A stretch of DNA of 64,000 bases, taken from an uncultured Cytophagia bacterium (lineage in GTDB: Bacteria > Zhuqueibacterota > Zhuqueibacteria > Oceanimicrobiales > CAZGRP01). How positions within the stretch are numbered: the stretch's first letter is position 1; every line of letters starts with the position of its first letter. The stretch covers positions 20,230 through 84,229 of the forward strand of contig CAZGRP010000004.1 in the NCBI GenBank assembly GCA_964527995.1, read 5' to 3'. Shown one piece after another: positions 53,924 to 62,274 of this stretch. The notes beneath the pieces are model-generated. The model worked only from the letters and a program-made list of their open reading frames with translations, was not told the DNA's origin and made no database searches. The translations under genes and the position numbers were made by a program.

Positions 53924-53964
53924 GGCGCGCGCCAGGGCCTATAAAAGCCTGAAGGGCGCGCCCT
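53924..53964. promoter_or_regulatory. Dyad element: two GGCGCGCC palindromes flanking a TATAAAA-containing spacer
   Basis: ggcgcgcgcc (53924-53933) and gggcgcgccc (53954-53963). It lies in the region just upstream of the zinc-ribbon gene and upstream of the anti-sigma gene. Confidence 0.3.
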
Positions 53965-54149
53965 AAATCGGACACGCCCCTCGAAGCGCGCACGGGATAC
54001 AACACTCTAAGTAGCTGGCAAACAAAATCCGCAAGCCCTTGCGCCTTGAGCTGGTCTGCGTCGGTGGATCTTCCGCGTCTCGACGCTGACTTTGCGGCGC
54101 AAAAGCGTGTGCTAATATAGCTAACAAAAATCATCCTGTCAAGTGGAAA

Positions 54150-54869
54150 ATGGAGTTTTTGGCTCTTACCGACAAACCTTCTGCCAATCGTCCCGTAAAC
54201 AAAAAAATGTCTGAAGTCTTTCCTCACCAGAGCAAATCTCTTTCTGCCTCTGGAAAGCGACCGACACGCGCTTGGGAGGACAGCGGCCTTGAGGGGGACG
54301 GTTCTGATGTTGCACTTCCGAGTTTGTGGACCAAGAACAGCCAGGCGCTCAGCGTGAAATGGAGTTTGTGCTTTCTACCAGGGGACTTTAGCAATTTTTC
54401 CGAGACGGTGCAGATCAGCTTTCCCAGCAGGCTGGACTACGTGCCCGTAGTCGTCTCCTACCTGACCGAAGTCGCCGCCCGTCTCAAGCTGATCGATGCG
54501 GATGAATCGAACTTCCCGGTCGTGGTAGATGAGGCCCTGACCAACGCCGTAGTCCACGGCAACCGTAGCGACCACGGCAAGCTCGTGCACGTCAGGGCAA
54601 CGTTTACGCCGCACAGGCTGGAGGTCGCGGTGCGCGACGAAGGGCAAGGGTTCGACTATGATCTCTTGCCGAACCCGCTCGAAAAGGACAATCTGCACCG
54701 TACCCACGGCAGAGGTATCTTCTTGATTCGCTCCCTGGTGGATGAACTTCGCTTCAATGAAGCTGGGAATGAGATCATCCTCGTGCAGACTGTCAGACAA
54801 GATGCAGCGAGGAAGCGCCAGTCGAGCCACCCCCATTGTTCTCCCGCCCGAGACTCAGAAACCCCTTGA
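54150..54869 (+). CDS. RsbW/SpoIIAB-type anti-sigma factor serine kinase (HATPase_c_2)
   Basis: VDEALTNAVVHGN (N-box), VRDEGQGFD (G1), GRGIFLIRSLVDEL (G2). Confidence 0.65.
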   Translation: MEFLALTDKPSANRPVNKKMSEVFPHQSKSLSASGKRPTRAWEDSGLEGDGSDVALPSLWTKNSQALSVKWSLCFLPGDFSNFSETVQISFPSRLDYVPVVVSYLTEVAARLKLIDADESNFPVVVDEALTNAVVHGNRSDHGKLVHVRATFTPHRLEVAVRDEGQGFDYDLLPNPLEKDNLHRTHGRGIFLIRSLVDELRFNEAGNEIILVQTVRQDAARKRQSSHPHCSPARDSETP

Positions 54870-54894
54870 CATTGTTAAAATTCTTGAATAATAT
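54866..54894 (+). promoter_or_regulatory. Sigma-70-type promoter TTGACA-N17-TAATAT overlapping anti-sigma stop codon
   Basis: -35 at 54866-54871 and -10 at 54889-54894. Confidence 0.5.
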
Positions 54895-54900
54895 GTAACG

Positions 54901-55098
54901 CCTTGGCGAGGCCATAACGCCCCTCTCTCAGTGATTCGATGTGGCTTTGATTTGGCTTCGCCTGGGTCGTCGGCGAGTACAGATGAGTGGACTTTGCCCC
55001 TGCGGGAGGAGCCCTGTGGGTGCAGAGAAGCAGATGTTTCCTTTCGGGAACAAAGCAGGAGGCATAGCACGAAGCACGTTATGCCTCCTTTCTTTTTG
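54901..55098 (+). ncRNA. Putative ~200-nt noncoding RNA or leader bounded by promoter and intrinsic terminator
   Basis: Promoter at 54866-54894. Terminator aggaggcat (55057-55065) pairs with atgcctcct (55081-55089), followed by ttcttttt. No convincing ORF or RBS in between. Confidence 0.3.
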
Positions 55099-55138
55099 AT
55101 CCGGTGCAAGAAACTGTGGAAACTCGCGGATAGCCCCG

Positions 55139-56707
55139 ATGTCCTTCCCCGTTGCAGCCCGGTCCGACCTGCACGAAGCAGGAGTGCCCTTTGTGCCGGA
55201 GGCGCAAACGTGGGGAGCGCGGATTCTGGCGCTCCTCCCCTCTTCCGACCACTACCTCGTCGATCTCCTGGCAGGCCAGCACTGGAGTGTCGAGGCAGTG
55301 GCCGAGGCTGCATCGCTACTTGAACACGCCCGTCGCCACCAGACCGACTTGATTGTCGTCGACCTGCCGAGCCGATGCGACTGGGCGTTCGATCTCTGCC
55401 AGCGTCTCAAAGAGGATCCGGGGCTGCGTTGGGTGCCGGTGCTGGTCCTGGCAGAGGGACCACGCCAGAGGTATCTCGAACTGCTGACAGTACTGCCGGT
55501 GGAGGATTGTCTGGGCAAGCCGTTCGAGCTGGACGAACTGCTGGCCCGGATGAGCCGTCTTCTGCTGCGGCAGAACCTGCATCGTGCCACCGCCTTACTG
55601 CATGATCTGATCGACTTCGCTCACGTCATGGCCATCATCCTTGATACCAAAGGTCATGTGCGCGCCATCTCTCCCGCTGCCGCCAAGTTCCTCGGGCATA
55701 GCCAGGAGGAGGCTGTTCAGCTCAGGTCTGGCGATATTTTCTCGCCAGATTGCGCTGGCGACTTCGGGCAGCTCGTGCGCACGGCTCGAGCAGGTCGGCA
55801 GGTCAACGGACGGAGGTCACGTCTGATTGACTGTGCTGGCAGAGAGTTGGCCGTGGAGATCGACGCTGCGCCTCTTCCGACGTCCGACGGAGCGATGCAT
55901 GTGGCTCTGATTTTTCGAGACATCTCCTCGCGAGTTCGCGCCGAGAAGGAGGCGGAGGAATATACCCGGCTGCTCCAACAGGCCGTCGAAGAGCGCACTC
56001 GCCGGCTGGTGGAAACGCAGAATCAACTGATCATGTCCGAGAAAATGGCCGTTGTCGGTCAGCTCGCTGCCGGCGTTGCCCACGAAATCCGAAACCCGCT
56101 CAACATTATCGGGATGTCCGCTTATTACCTCGGCAAAGTGCTCGGAGTCCAGGCCGGTAAAGTCGGGGAGCATCTTGAGATCATCCAGGAGGAGATCACC
56201 AGGGCCCAGAAAATCATCGAGAACCTCCTGGATTTCTCGCGGCAGTCCAGCGTAAAGCGTGAAGCTGTGGACCTGAATGGATTGATCCACCTTACCCTGT
56301 CGCTGTTGCAGAAAGAGATTCAGAGAAGCGATATCGAGGTTGTGGCAGATCTGGGGGACGTCCCTCCATGCTACGCCAACAGTGACGATCTGAAACAGGT
56401 GCTCCTCAACCTGATTCTGAATGCTCGGGACGCGATGCCCAATGGCGGCGTTCTCAGCTTGAAGACACGGGCGAACGGCTCCGACTGGGTCGTCTGTGAG
56501 TTACGCGATACAGGCGTCGGCATCTCTACCAGCGACATTCCGAAGATCTTCAATCCGTTTTTCACCACAAAGCTGGAACGCAAGGGCACCGGACTTGGTC
56601 TGGCAATCGTGCGTTCAGCGATCGAACGCAACAGTGGCCAGGTGGAAGTGAAGTCTCATGTGGGAAAGGGTACGTTGTTCATCATCAAACTACCAGCGGC
56701 GAAGTAG
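55139..56707 (+). CDS. Cytoplasmic histidine kinase with N-terminal receiver-like domain (REC-PAS-HisKA-HATPase_c)
   Basis: REC-like DLIVVDL...VPVLVLAE...GKPFELDELLARM. H-box LAAGVAHEIRNPL. N/G boxes LILNARDAM, RDTGVGIS, GTGLGLAI. Confidence 0.8.
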   Translation: MSFPVAARSDLHEAGVPFVPEAQTWGARILALLPSSDHYLVDLLAGQHWSVEAVAEAASLLEHARRHQTDLIVVDLPSRCDWAFDLCQRLKEDPGLRWVPVLVLAEGPRQRYLELLTVLPVEDCLGKPFELDELLARMSRLLLRQNLHRATALLHDLIDFAHVMAIILDTKGHVRAISPAAAKFLGHSQEEAVQLRSGDIFSPDCAGDFGQLVRTARAGRQVNGRRSRLIDCAGRELAVEIDAAPLPTSDGAMHVALIFRDISSRVRAEKEAEEYTRLLQQAVEERTRRLVETQNQLIMSEKMAVVGQLAAGVAHEIRNPLNIIGMSAYYLGKVLGVQAGKVGEHLEIIQEEITRAQKIIENLLDFSRQSSVKREAVDLNGLIHLTLSLLQKEIQRSDIEVVADLGDVPPCYANSDDLKQVLLNLILNARDAMPNGGVLSLKTRANGSDWVVCELRDTGVGISTSDIPKIFNPFFTTKLERKGTGLGLAIVRSAIERNSGQVEVKSHVGKGTLFIIKLPAAK

Positions 56708-56710
56708 ACG

Positions 56711-58081
56711 ATGACGGCTGTTGCGCCACGGATCTTGCTCGTCGATGACGAGGCCAATTTCCGCAAGACGGTGGTCGATCTCCTCAAGCTCGAGGGATAC
56801 GAGGTCTTTACGGCACCGAGCGGAGCCGACGCCCTGGCGATTCTCGAAGATGTCACGGTAGACATTGTCATCACCGATGTGCGCATGCCTCGAATGTCAG
56901 GCGTGGAGCTGTTGCAGCGTCTCCGCCACGCGCATCCCGACGTGGATGTAATCGTGCTCACCGGCTACGGATCGATTCATGACGCGGTGAGAACCATCAA
57001 GATGGGCGCCTACAACTACGTCATGAAACCGGTGAATTTTGAGGAGCTGGCGCGAGACGTTCGTGACATCCTTCGGATGCGGAATCGGCTGCCCGAAGGA
57101 TCAATCGCCTCGGATTCCGCTGCAGACAGCATTGTTGGCAGCAGCCCGCCGATCCGGCACGTCCGGCATCTGATCGACCGGTTCGCGGCATCGGAACTCC
57201 CTGTGCTCATCGAAGGAGAAAGCGGAACCGGCAAGGAGCTGGTTGCCAATGCCATCCATGCGCGCAGTCCCCGAGCCGAGAATCCGTTCGTACGAATCAA
57301 CTGTGCCGCGCTTCCGGAACCACTGACCGAAAGCGAGCTTTTTGGCTACGAACGCGGCGCCTTCACGGGGGCGACCCAGCAGAAGAAGGGAAAAATCGAG
57401 TTGGCGAGCGGCGGAACGCTCTTCCTGGATGAGATCGCCGAGATGCCGCTGGGTACCCAGGCGAAGCTTCTGCGCGCCATCGAACAGCAGGAAATCGAGC
57501 GACTCGGTGGTACGGAGGTCATCAAAGTGGATGTGCGCCTGATCGCCGCAACGAACCAGAACCTGCGCGAGCTGGTGCAACGCGGGGAGTTTCGCAAGGA
57601 CCTGTACTACCGCATCAACGCCGTGTCCATCAAGACGCCGCCGCTTCGCTCGATGCCGGAAGACATTCCGCGTCTGGCCAATTATTTTCTCGACAAACAT
57701 TGCGCTGAGGTCGGAAAGCCGGTTCCCCGGCTCGGACGCGAGGTGATGCAGATTCTTCTCTCTCATCCCTGGCCTGGCAATGTGCGTGAGCTTGCAAACG
57801 TCATCCGCAGGGCGGCTATCCTGTGCGACGGCGGCGAACTGAATCCCGGACATCTTCCCGCAGAACTCGCGGAGCCGCCGGCCGAGGTTGCCGAAGACGA
57901 TGCCAGAACGTTGTCCCTGGATGAGCTTGAGCGACGTCATATCGCTCGCGTGCTGAGATTGACGGCGGGTAACAAGAATGCAGCGGCCCGATTGCTCAAT
58001 ATCCACCGCGATACGCTCTACCGCAAGATACGCAAGTACAACCTGTTATCTGATACCGGAGGAACACGCCAACCGGAGTGA
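56711..58081 (+). CDS. Sigma-54-dependent response regulator (NtrC family)
   Basis: REC (DVRMP), [22 protein letters not shown]-terminal HTH. Confidence 0.85.
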   Translation: MTAVAPRILLVDDEANFRKTVVDLLKLEGYEVFTAPSGADALAILEDVTVDIVITDVRMPRMSGVELLQRLRHAHPDVDVIVLTGYGSIHDAVRTIKMGAYNYVMKPVNFEELARDVRDILRMRNRLPEGSIASDSAADSIVGSSPPIRHVRHLIDRFAASELPVLIEGESGTGKELVANAIHARSPRAENPFVRINCAALPEPLTESELFGYERGAFTGATQQKKGKIELASGGTLFLDEIAEMPLGTQAKLLRAIEQQEIERLGGTEVIKVDVRLIAATNQNLRELVQRGEFRKDLYYRINAVSIKTPPLRSMPEDIPRLANYFLDKHCAEVGKPVPRLGREVMQILLSHPWPGNVRELANVIRRAAILCDGGELNPGHLPAELAEPPAEVAEDDARTLSLDELERRHIARVLRLTAGNKNAAARLLNIHRDTLYRKIRKYNLLSDTGGTRQPE

Positions 58082-58454
58082 TATACGATGGGAAAGAGGG
58101 TACAAGCTCAAACGACGTGGCTCCACAAGCGGCCGCCGCCGTAGGCCTGTGATGCCGAGGTTTAGGATGGACCCCCCATTTTCAGCCTGCTCGCCCGCCC
58201 GGCGAGGGCCCCAGGCGTCGGAAAGCACGGCATCTGCCGCATTTTACGACATCCTGGCGGTATCGTCCTAGTCTTTTGGAAAGCAATGGCTTAGATGGTA
58301 CTGCCTTCATTTGGAAGTCGTAATTTGTCGGCCTGAGGTTCGCTTCATTGGATCGTTACCCTCCATTTCAGGCGCTGTTTGGATGGACCTAAAAGACTGA
58401 AACCACAGCGCTTACCGGACCTTCCTCGACATAGGATTTGTCAGCGATTTGACC

Positions 58455-58471
58455 TTGGTACGTCTGTTGCA
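58455..58471 (+). promoter_or_regulatory. Sigma-54 -24/-12 promoter: TTGGTACG-tctg-TTGCA
   Basis: GG 58457-58458, GC 58469-58470 (12-nt spacing). One mismatch to TGGCACG. ~70 nt upstream of the receiver gene ATG 58539. Confidence 0.5.
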
Positions 58472-58538
58472 GAGGTGCACTGGCCTTTTGGGTGCTGACT
58501 TCCTCCGGGCGCAAGCCCGACCGACAGGGCGTACGGGT

Positions 58539-59087
58539 ATGAATCTGCTTTTGATCGATCCCGAGCGGCGTACGCTCGAGGTCTATCGTGACATCTTTGA
58601 AATATGGGGGTACGACGTGACGGCCGTCCGCACCGGCTCGGAAGCGGCAAAGGCGTTTTCCGAGGCAGCCTTTGATCTTGTCATCCTGGATGACAACCTG
58701 CCGGACACGCCGGGGGTCGAACTGATTCGGGCGATGAAGACGCAAGCGCCGGCGGTTCCGCTGATTGTGATGACGGCCAACTCGACGGTGCGTGGAGCGG
58801 TGAGCGCCATCCGTGCGGGCGCCGACGACTATTTGGCCAAGAGCACCGATGTGGAGGGTGTTCGGCACTGCCTCCAAGAGACCCTCGGGCAGCGCCCCGA
58901 AAACTCGCAGTCAGCCAAACTGCAGGCAGAGATTCTGACGAACCTTCGCCGGGTTCGCGATCATTTGGATGAGGTGATCGGATTTATCGAGCAGGCAAGC
59001 CGCCGAAGGGCCGGGCAGAGCGACACGGGGGCCTCGAGGCCGGCCCAGACAAATCGCCACGCGGAGCGTGAAGATACTGCACCTTGA
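58539..59087 (+). CDS. Stand-alone response-regulator receiver protein with ~70-aa C-terminal tail
   Basis: LLLIDPE, LVILDDNLPD (acceptor Asp), VMTANST, YLAKS. The ORF begins at TTG 58449. Confidence 0.7.
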   Translation: MNLLLIDPERRTLEVYRDIFEIWGYDVTAVRTGSEAAKAFSEAAFDLVILDDNLPDTPGVELIRAMKTQAPAVPLIVMTANSTVRGAVSAIRAGADDYLAKSTDVEGVRHCLQETLGQRPENSQSAKLQAEILTNLRRVRDHLDEVIGFIEQASRRRAGQSDTGASRPAQTNRHAEREDTAP

Positions 59088-59166
59088 TGGCGGAAGCAAG
59101 GAGGTGTTTCTGCCACGGATGAGCTGACACGTTCTGACTCAGCGAGGAAGGTTGTCTCACGGCGAC

Positions 59167-60258
59167 ATGCGTCTGCAACCAGAAACCTGGGGAATCGCAA
59201 GCGGTGATGCGGGAAGTGGGAAGACGACCGTAGCTGCCTGCCTTGGGGCCATCCTGCAACAGCAGGGGCTGCCCGCCCTCATCCTTGATGCGGACCTTAG
59301 AGGCGAGAATTACCTGCTCTCTGCTTCGGTGAGCAGCGAACCGGACGCTCTTTCTGCCAGAGTTCTTTCGGAAGGCTATCTCTTGATCTTGCGCCGCTCG
59401 CTCGGCGACGACTTCGATCGTACCATACGCGGGCTTGAGTCTATCGTGCCGCGAAGGAAGCGATCGGCGCTTCAGCTCTTGCTTGATTTTGGAACAGGAT
59501 CATCGGAAAAATATGCGGAGTTTTTTCCGCTGCTGTCCAATCCGGTGGTTGTGGCGGATCGCACCGGAGAGTCGGTCGCGAAGGCATTGTCCTTTGCTTA
59601 TCGGGCTGTTCTCCGCTGTATCGGCCGCCGACTGCGTCGATATCCAGAAGTCACCCGTATGATTCGGCAGGCTTTGACGCGCGAAGCGGAAGGCTCTGTT
59701 ACTCGGTTGAGTGAGATCGCTTACCACCTGATTGGTGTGAATCGTTATGCGGCTGAGGTGGCTCGATCGATCATTCGTGCTTATCATCCCAAAGTCGTGC
59801 TGAATCGCTCCGAAGAGGTGCAGGAACAGAAGAAGCTGCGACGGCTGTTGGCGCAGGTCCGCCTTGAAACCGATCTGGATATCTCCTTCGGCGGCACTCT
59901 TGCCAACGAGCCTCGACTTGCGGAGGTCGCGGCGCAGGCGACGAAACTGTCGCTCGACGATCCCGAAAGCGAATACGCCATCTGGCTGGCAAGAGAGCTG
60001 GCCCGGAAGCTGCAAGGAGAGAGCCGAATCGATCCACAGGGGGCGCCGCCGACGAAGCCGACCACCCGGCGCAGAAGGTGGCTCGGAGGGCTACTAGGAT
60101 CGGTAGCGATGTTCTGGACGGTATCGCCCAAAGCCGTCAGCCTGCCACCAGGCCGCCGAGCGGGGTTGACCACCGCCGGGCAGACGATTCTCGGAAGCCG
60201 ACCTTTCGATGTTACGCTTTCCCGCTATGTCAGAAAGGGGAATCGCACGATCGTGTAA
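59167..60258 (+). CDS. P-loop ATPase of the MinD/BY-kinase (CpsD/Wzc-like) superfamily, no C-terminal Tyr cluster
   Basis: Walker A GDAGSGKTT. Walker A' ALILDADLRGENY (DxDxR, BY-kinase-like). Start ambiguous (TTG 59152 or ATG 59167). Confidence 0.55.
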   Translation: MRLQPETWGIASGDAGSGKTTVAACLGAILQQQGLPALILDADLRGENYLLSASVSSEPDALSARVLSEGYLLILRRSLGDDFDRTIRGLESIVPRRKRSALQLLLDFGTGSSEKYAEFFPLLSNPVVVADRTGESVAKALSFAYRAVLRCIGRRLRRYPEVTRMIRQALTREAEGSVTRLSEIAYHLIGVNRYAAEVARSIIRAYHPKVVLNRSEEVQEQKKLRRLLAQVRLETDLDISFGGTLANEPRLAEVAAQATKLSLDDPESEYAIWLARELARKLQGESRIDPQGAPPTKPTTRRRRWLGGLLGSVAMFWTVSPKAVSLPPGRRAGLTTAGQTILGSRPFDVTLSRYVRKGNRTIV

Positions 60259-60467
60259 TCGTGGTTGTGAGGCTGGAAGCTGTTCGTCGTAGCTGAGCCT
60301 TTATTATGGGCTCGGAGGGAGACCCATCAATGGGTTCTGGGCGCAAGGTAGGATGTAGTGCCGAACGAGCCCAAAACGGAGGAAGGATGCAACCGCCATG
60401 ACGGCTGCCCGGACCCTCGCCGATCTTCGGACGGTGAGGGCGGGCAGCCGGGGTTGCTGCAAAGAGG

Positions 60468-61607
60468 ATGGAACCATCAAAGCATCAGGAGGGAGGCGTG
60501 ACTGGGTTCGAGTTCTCCTGGATTCGTGACGAGAAGGGGTTCGAAGCTTTGCAAGACGAGTGGGAGGCGCTGCTGGCGCGAAGCGGTTTGAACAGTATGT
60601 GCCTGAGCTGGGAGTGGATGTGGACCTGGTGGAGGGTCTATGGCGGGCGGAGCCAGCTCGCCCTGCTGTCGATTCGGCGCCGCGGAGAGCTGGTTGGGCT
60701 CGCGCCATTGCTTCGTGCCCCGGAGCGACGTCCCGGGCGGGAAATCGGCTGGGCCTTTCGGTTTCTTGGAAACGGCGAGACCGGGTCCGACTACCTGGAT
60801 GTCATTTGCGACACCGCCTACCAGAGAGAGGTGCTCGCAACACTGGCCGAGGTGCTTGTCGAGGAGGCGGAGGGCTGGGATGTCGTCGAGCTTTCGGCGT
60901 TGCCGGCCCACTCGGTCACCAGGCGGTTCTTGAGCGATTTCTTGAGCAGGCGGAACTTTTTTGTCGGCCGGGCACGAAACCAGGTATGCCCTTATCTCGA
61001 CCTTCCATCGTCGTGGGACGTCTTCCTGCGCCGCATCGACAAGGGGCTACGCAGCGTGCTGCGCTACAGGACCAACCAGCTCCTCCACCGTCACCGCGTG
61101 CGTTTCGAGCGCTGCCGGCGGGAAAGTCAGTTCGACGCTAGCTTTGGCACCTTAGTTCGCCTGCACCAGCATCTCTGGGAGGGACGAGGAATCTCGGGGG
61201 CATTCGCCAGCGAAAGCTACTACCGTTTTCACCGCAAGTTCGCTCAGGAGGCCCTGCGCCGTGACTGGTTGCGCCTTTTTGTGCTGAGAATCGATGACGA
61301 GCCGGTGGGGGCGGTCTGCGGCTACCATTTCGGAGACGTGGGCTATTTCTTCCAGATGGGATACGATCACGGCTGGAGTGGCCTGCAGCTCGACATCATT
61401 CTGGTGGGCCGTGCAATCCGGGATGCTATCGATTCGGGACTGTCCCAGTTTCGCTTCATGCATTCCGATTCAGAATACACGTTGCGTTGGACCAAACATT
61501 CTCACATGAACACCCACTGGGAAGTGCGACCGGCGACGAGCCTTCAGCAGCCCGGGACGACGCCGACATTTGAGAGGGTGGCCAGAGCCTACAACCCTGC
61601 TCTATGA
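60468..61607 (+). CDS. GNAT-fold FemAB/CelD-like protein (Acetyltransf_6-type, exopolysaccharide-associated)
   Basis: YYRFHRKF, LFVLRIDDEPVGAVCGYHFGDVGYFFQMGYD pattern recalled from CelD/BioF2-like proteins. Alternative GTG start at 60501 with AGGAGGGAGG RBS. Confidence 0.55.
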   Translation: MEPSKHQEGGVTGFEFSWIRDEKGFEALQDEWEALLARSGLNSMCLSWEWMWTWWRVYGGRSQLALLSIRRRGELVGLAPLLRAPERRPGREIGWAFRFLGNGETGSDYLDVICDTAYQREVLATLAEVLVEEAEGWDVVELSALPAHSVTRRFLSDFLSRRNFFVGRARNQVCPYLDLPSSWDVFLRRIDKGLRSVLRYRTNQLLHRHRVRFERCRRESQFDASFGTLVRLHQHLWEGRGISGAFASESYYRFHRKFAQEALRRDWLRLFVLRIDDEPVGAVCGYHFGDVGYFFQMGYDHGWSGLQLDIILVGRAIRDAIDSGLSQFRFMHSDSEYTLRWTKHSHMNTHWEVRPATSLQQPGTTPTFERVARAYNPAL

Positions 61608-61634
61608 TCGGTGCTCCAGAGAGGAGAGACAACA

Positions 61635-61844
61635 ATGAAGAGGAGTGTGACGCTGGTTGTATTGCTCGTGCTGGCGGTCGTGGCCCTCATTTTGCAAATC
61701 GTGGCACGGCGGGGGGCCAAATCAGATCGCCAGGGAAGCGGTGACCTGAATCGCCTCATCAACGAGCAGCCGACGCAGGTCGTGGTCTTGCCTTCGATCC
61801 ATATCCCTGCACTCGGCGACGCCAGCGAAATTCATCGGATCTGA
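61635..61844 (+). CDS. Hypothetical small membrane-anchored protein
   Basis: GAGGAGAG RBS. N-terminal TM helix VTLVVLLVLAVVALIL. 69 aa. Confidence 0.3.
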   Translation: MKRSVTLVVLLVLAVVALILQIVARRGAKSDRQGSGDLNRLINEQPTQVVVLPSIHIPALGDASEIHRI

Positions 61845-61939
61845 CCGGGCTGCAGTGCTGCGACGTATCGTTGCCCTGCAGCCAACAGCGTGTCGGCTTC
61901 GCCTCTTAACTGAGCGACCGATCCTTAGCCCTTCCTGTT

Positions 61940-62191
61940 ATGTCTTCTCGAATCTCTCGCGGCTCGCTCGAGCCTCGGGAGTGGTTGCATCCCACTCAAG
62001 AGAGCAAGCTGGGGGGATCAGCAGAAAGCGGAATCCTGCGCTCCACCGAGGTGCATGCCAGCGGCACTATGAACGTGCTCAATGCTGCCCGCCAGGCGGG
62101 CACCCGGTGCCTCGTGTTCGTCTCCTCTTTCTCAGTGTGCTCGGCTGCCAACCGGAAGTTGATTTCGAAACCGGACGACGCCGGACCCTAG
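61940..62191 (+). pseudogene. Remnant of NAD-dependent epimerase/dehydratase gene
   Basis: GTMNVLNAARQAGTRCLVFVSS matches the conserved NV.GT.N(L/V)LEAA....R.VF.SS block of the SDR epimerase family. Only ~80 codons are in frame; flanking frames are disrupted. Confidence 0.4.
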
Positions 62192-62274
62192 CCTGATCGC
62201 ACGACTACGCAAGACAACCCGCAAAAAAACGCCCAGTCCCGCAGGGGACCGGGCGTGTACGGAGGAAAGGCAAC

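Noticed and set aside
58481-58496. Second GG-N10-GC match (TGGCCTtttgggTGCT) near the receiver gene
   Set aside because: A weaker match than the overlapping TTGGTACG-N4-TTGCA element 25 nt upstream. Reported only the stronger one.
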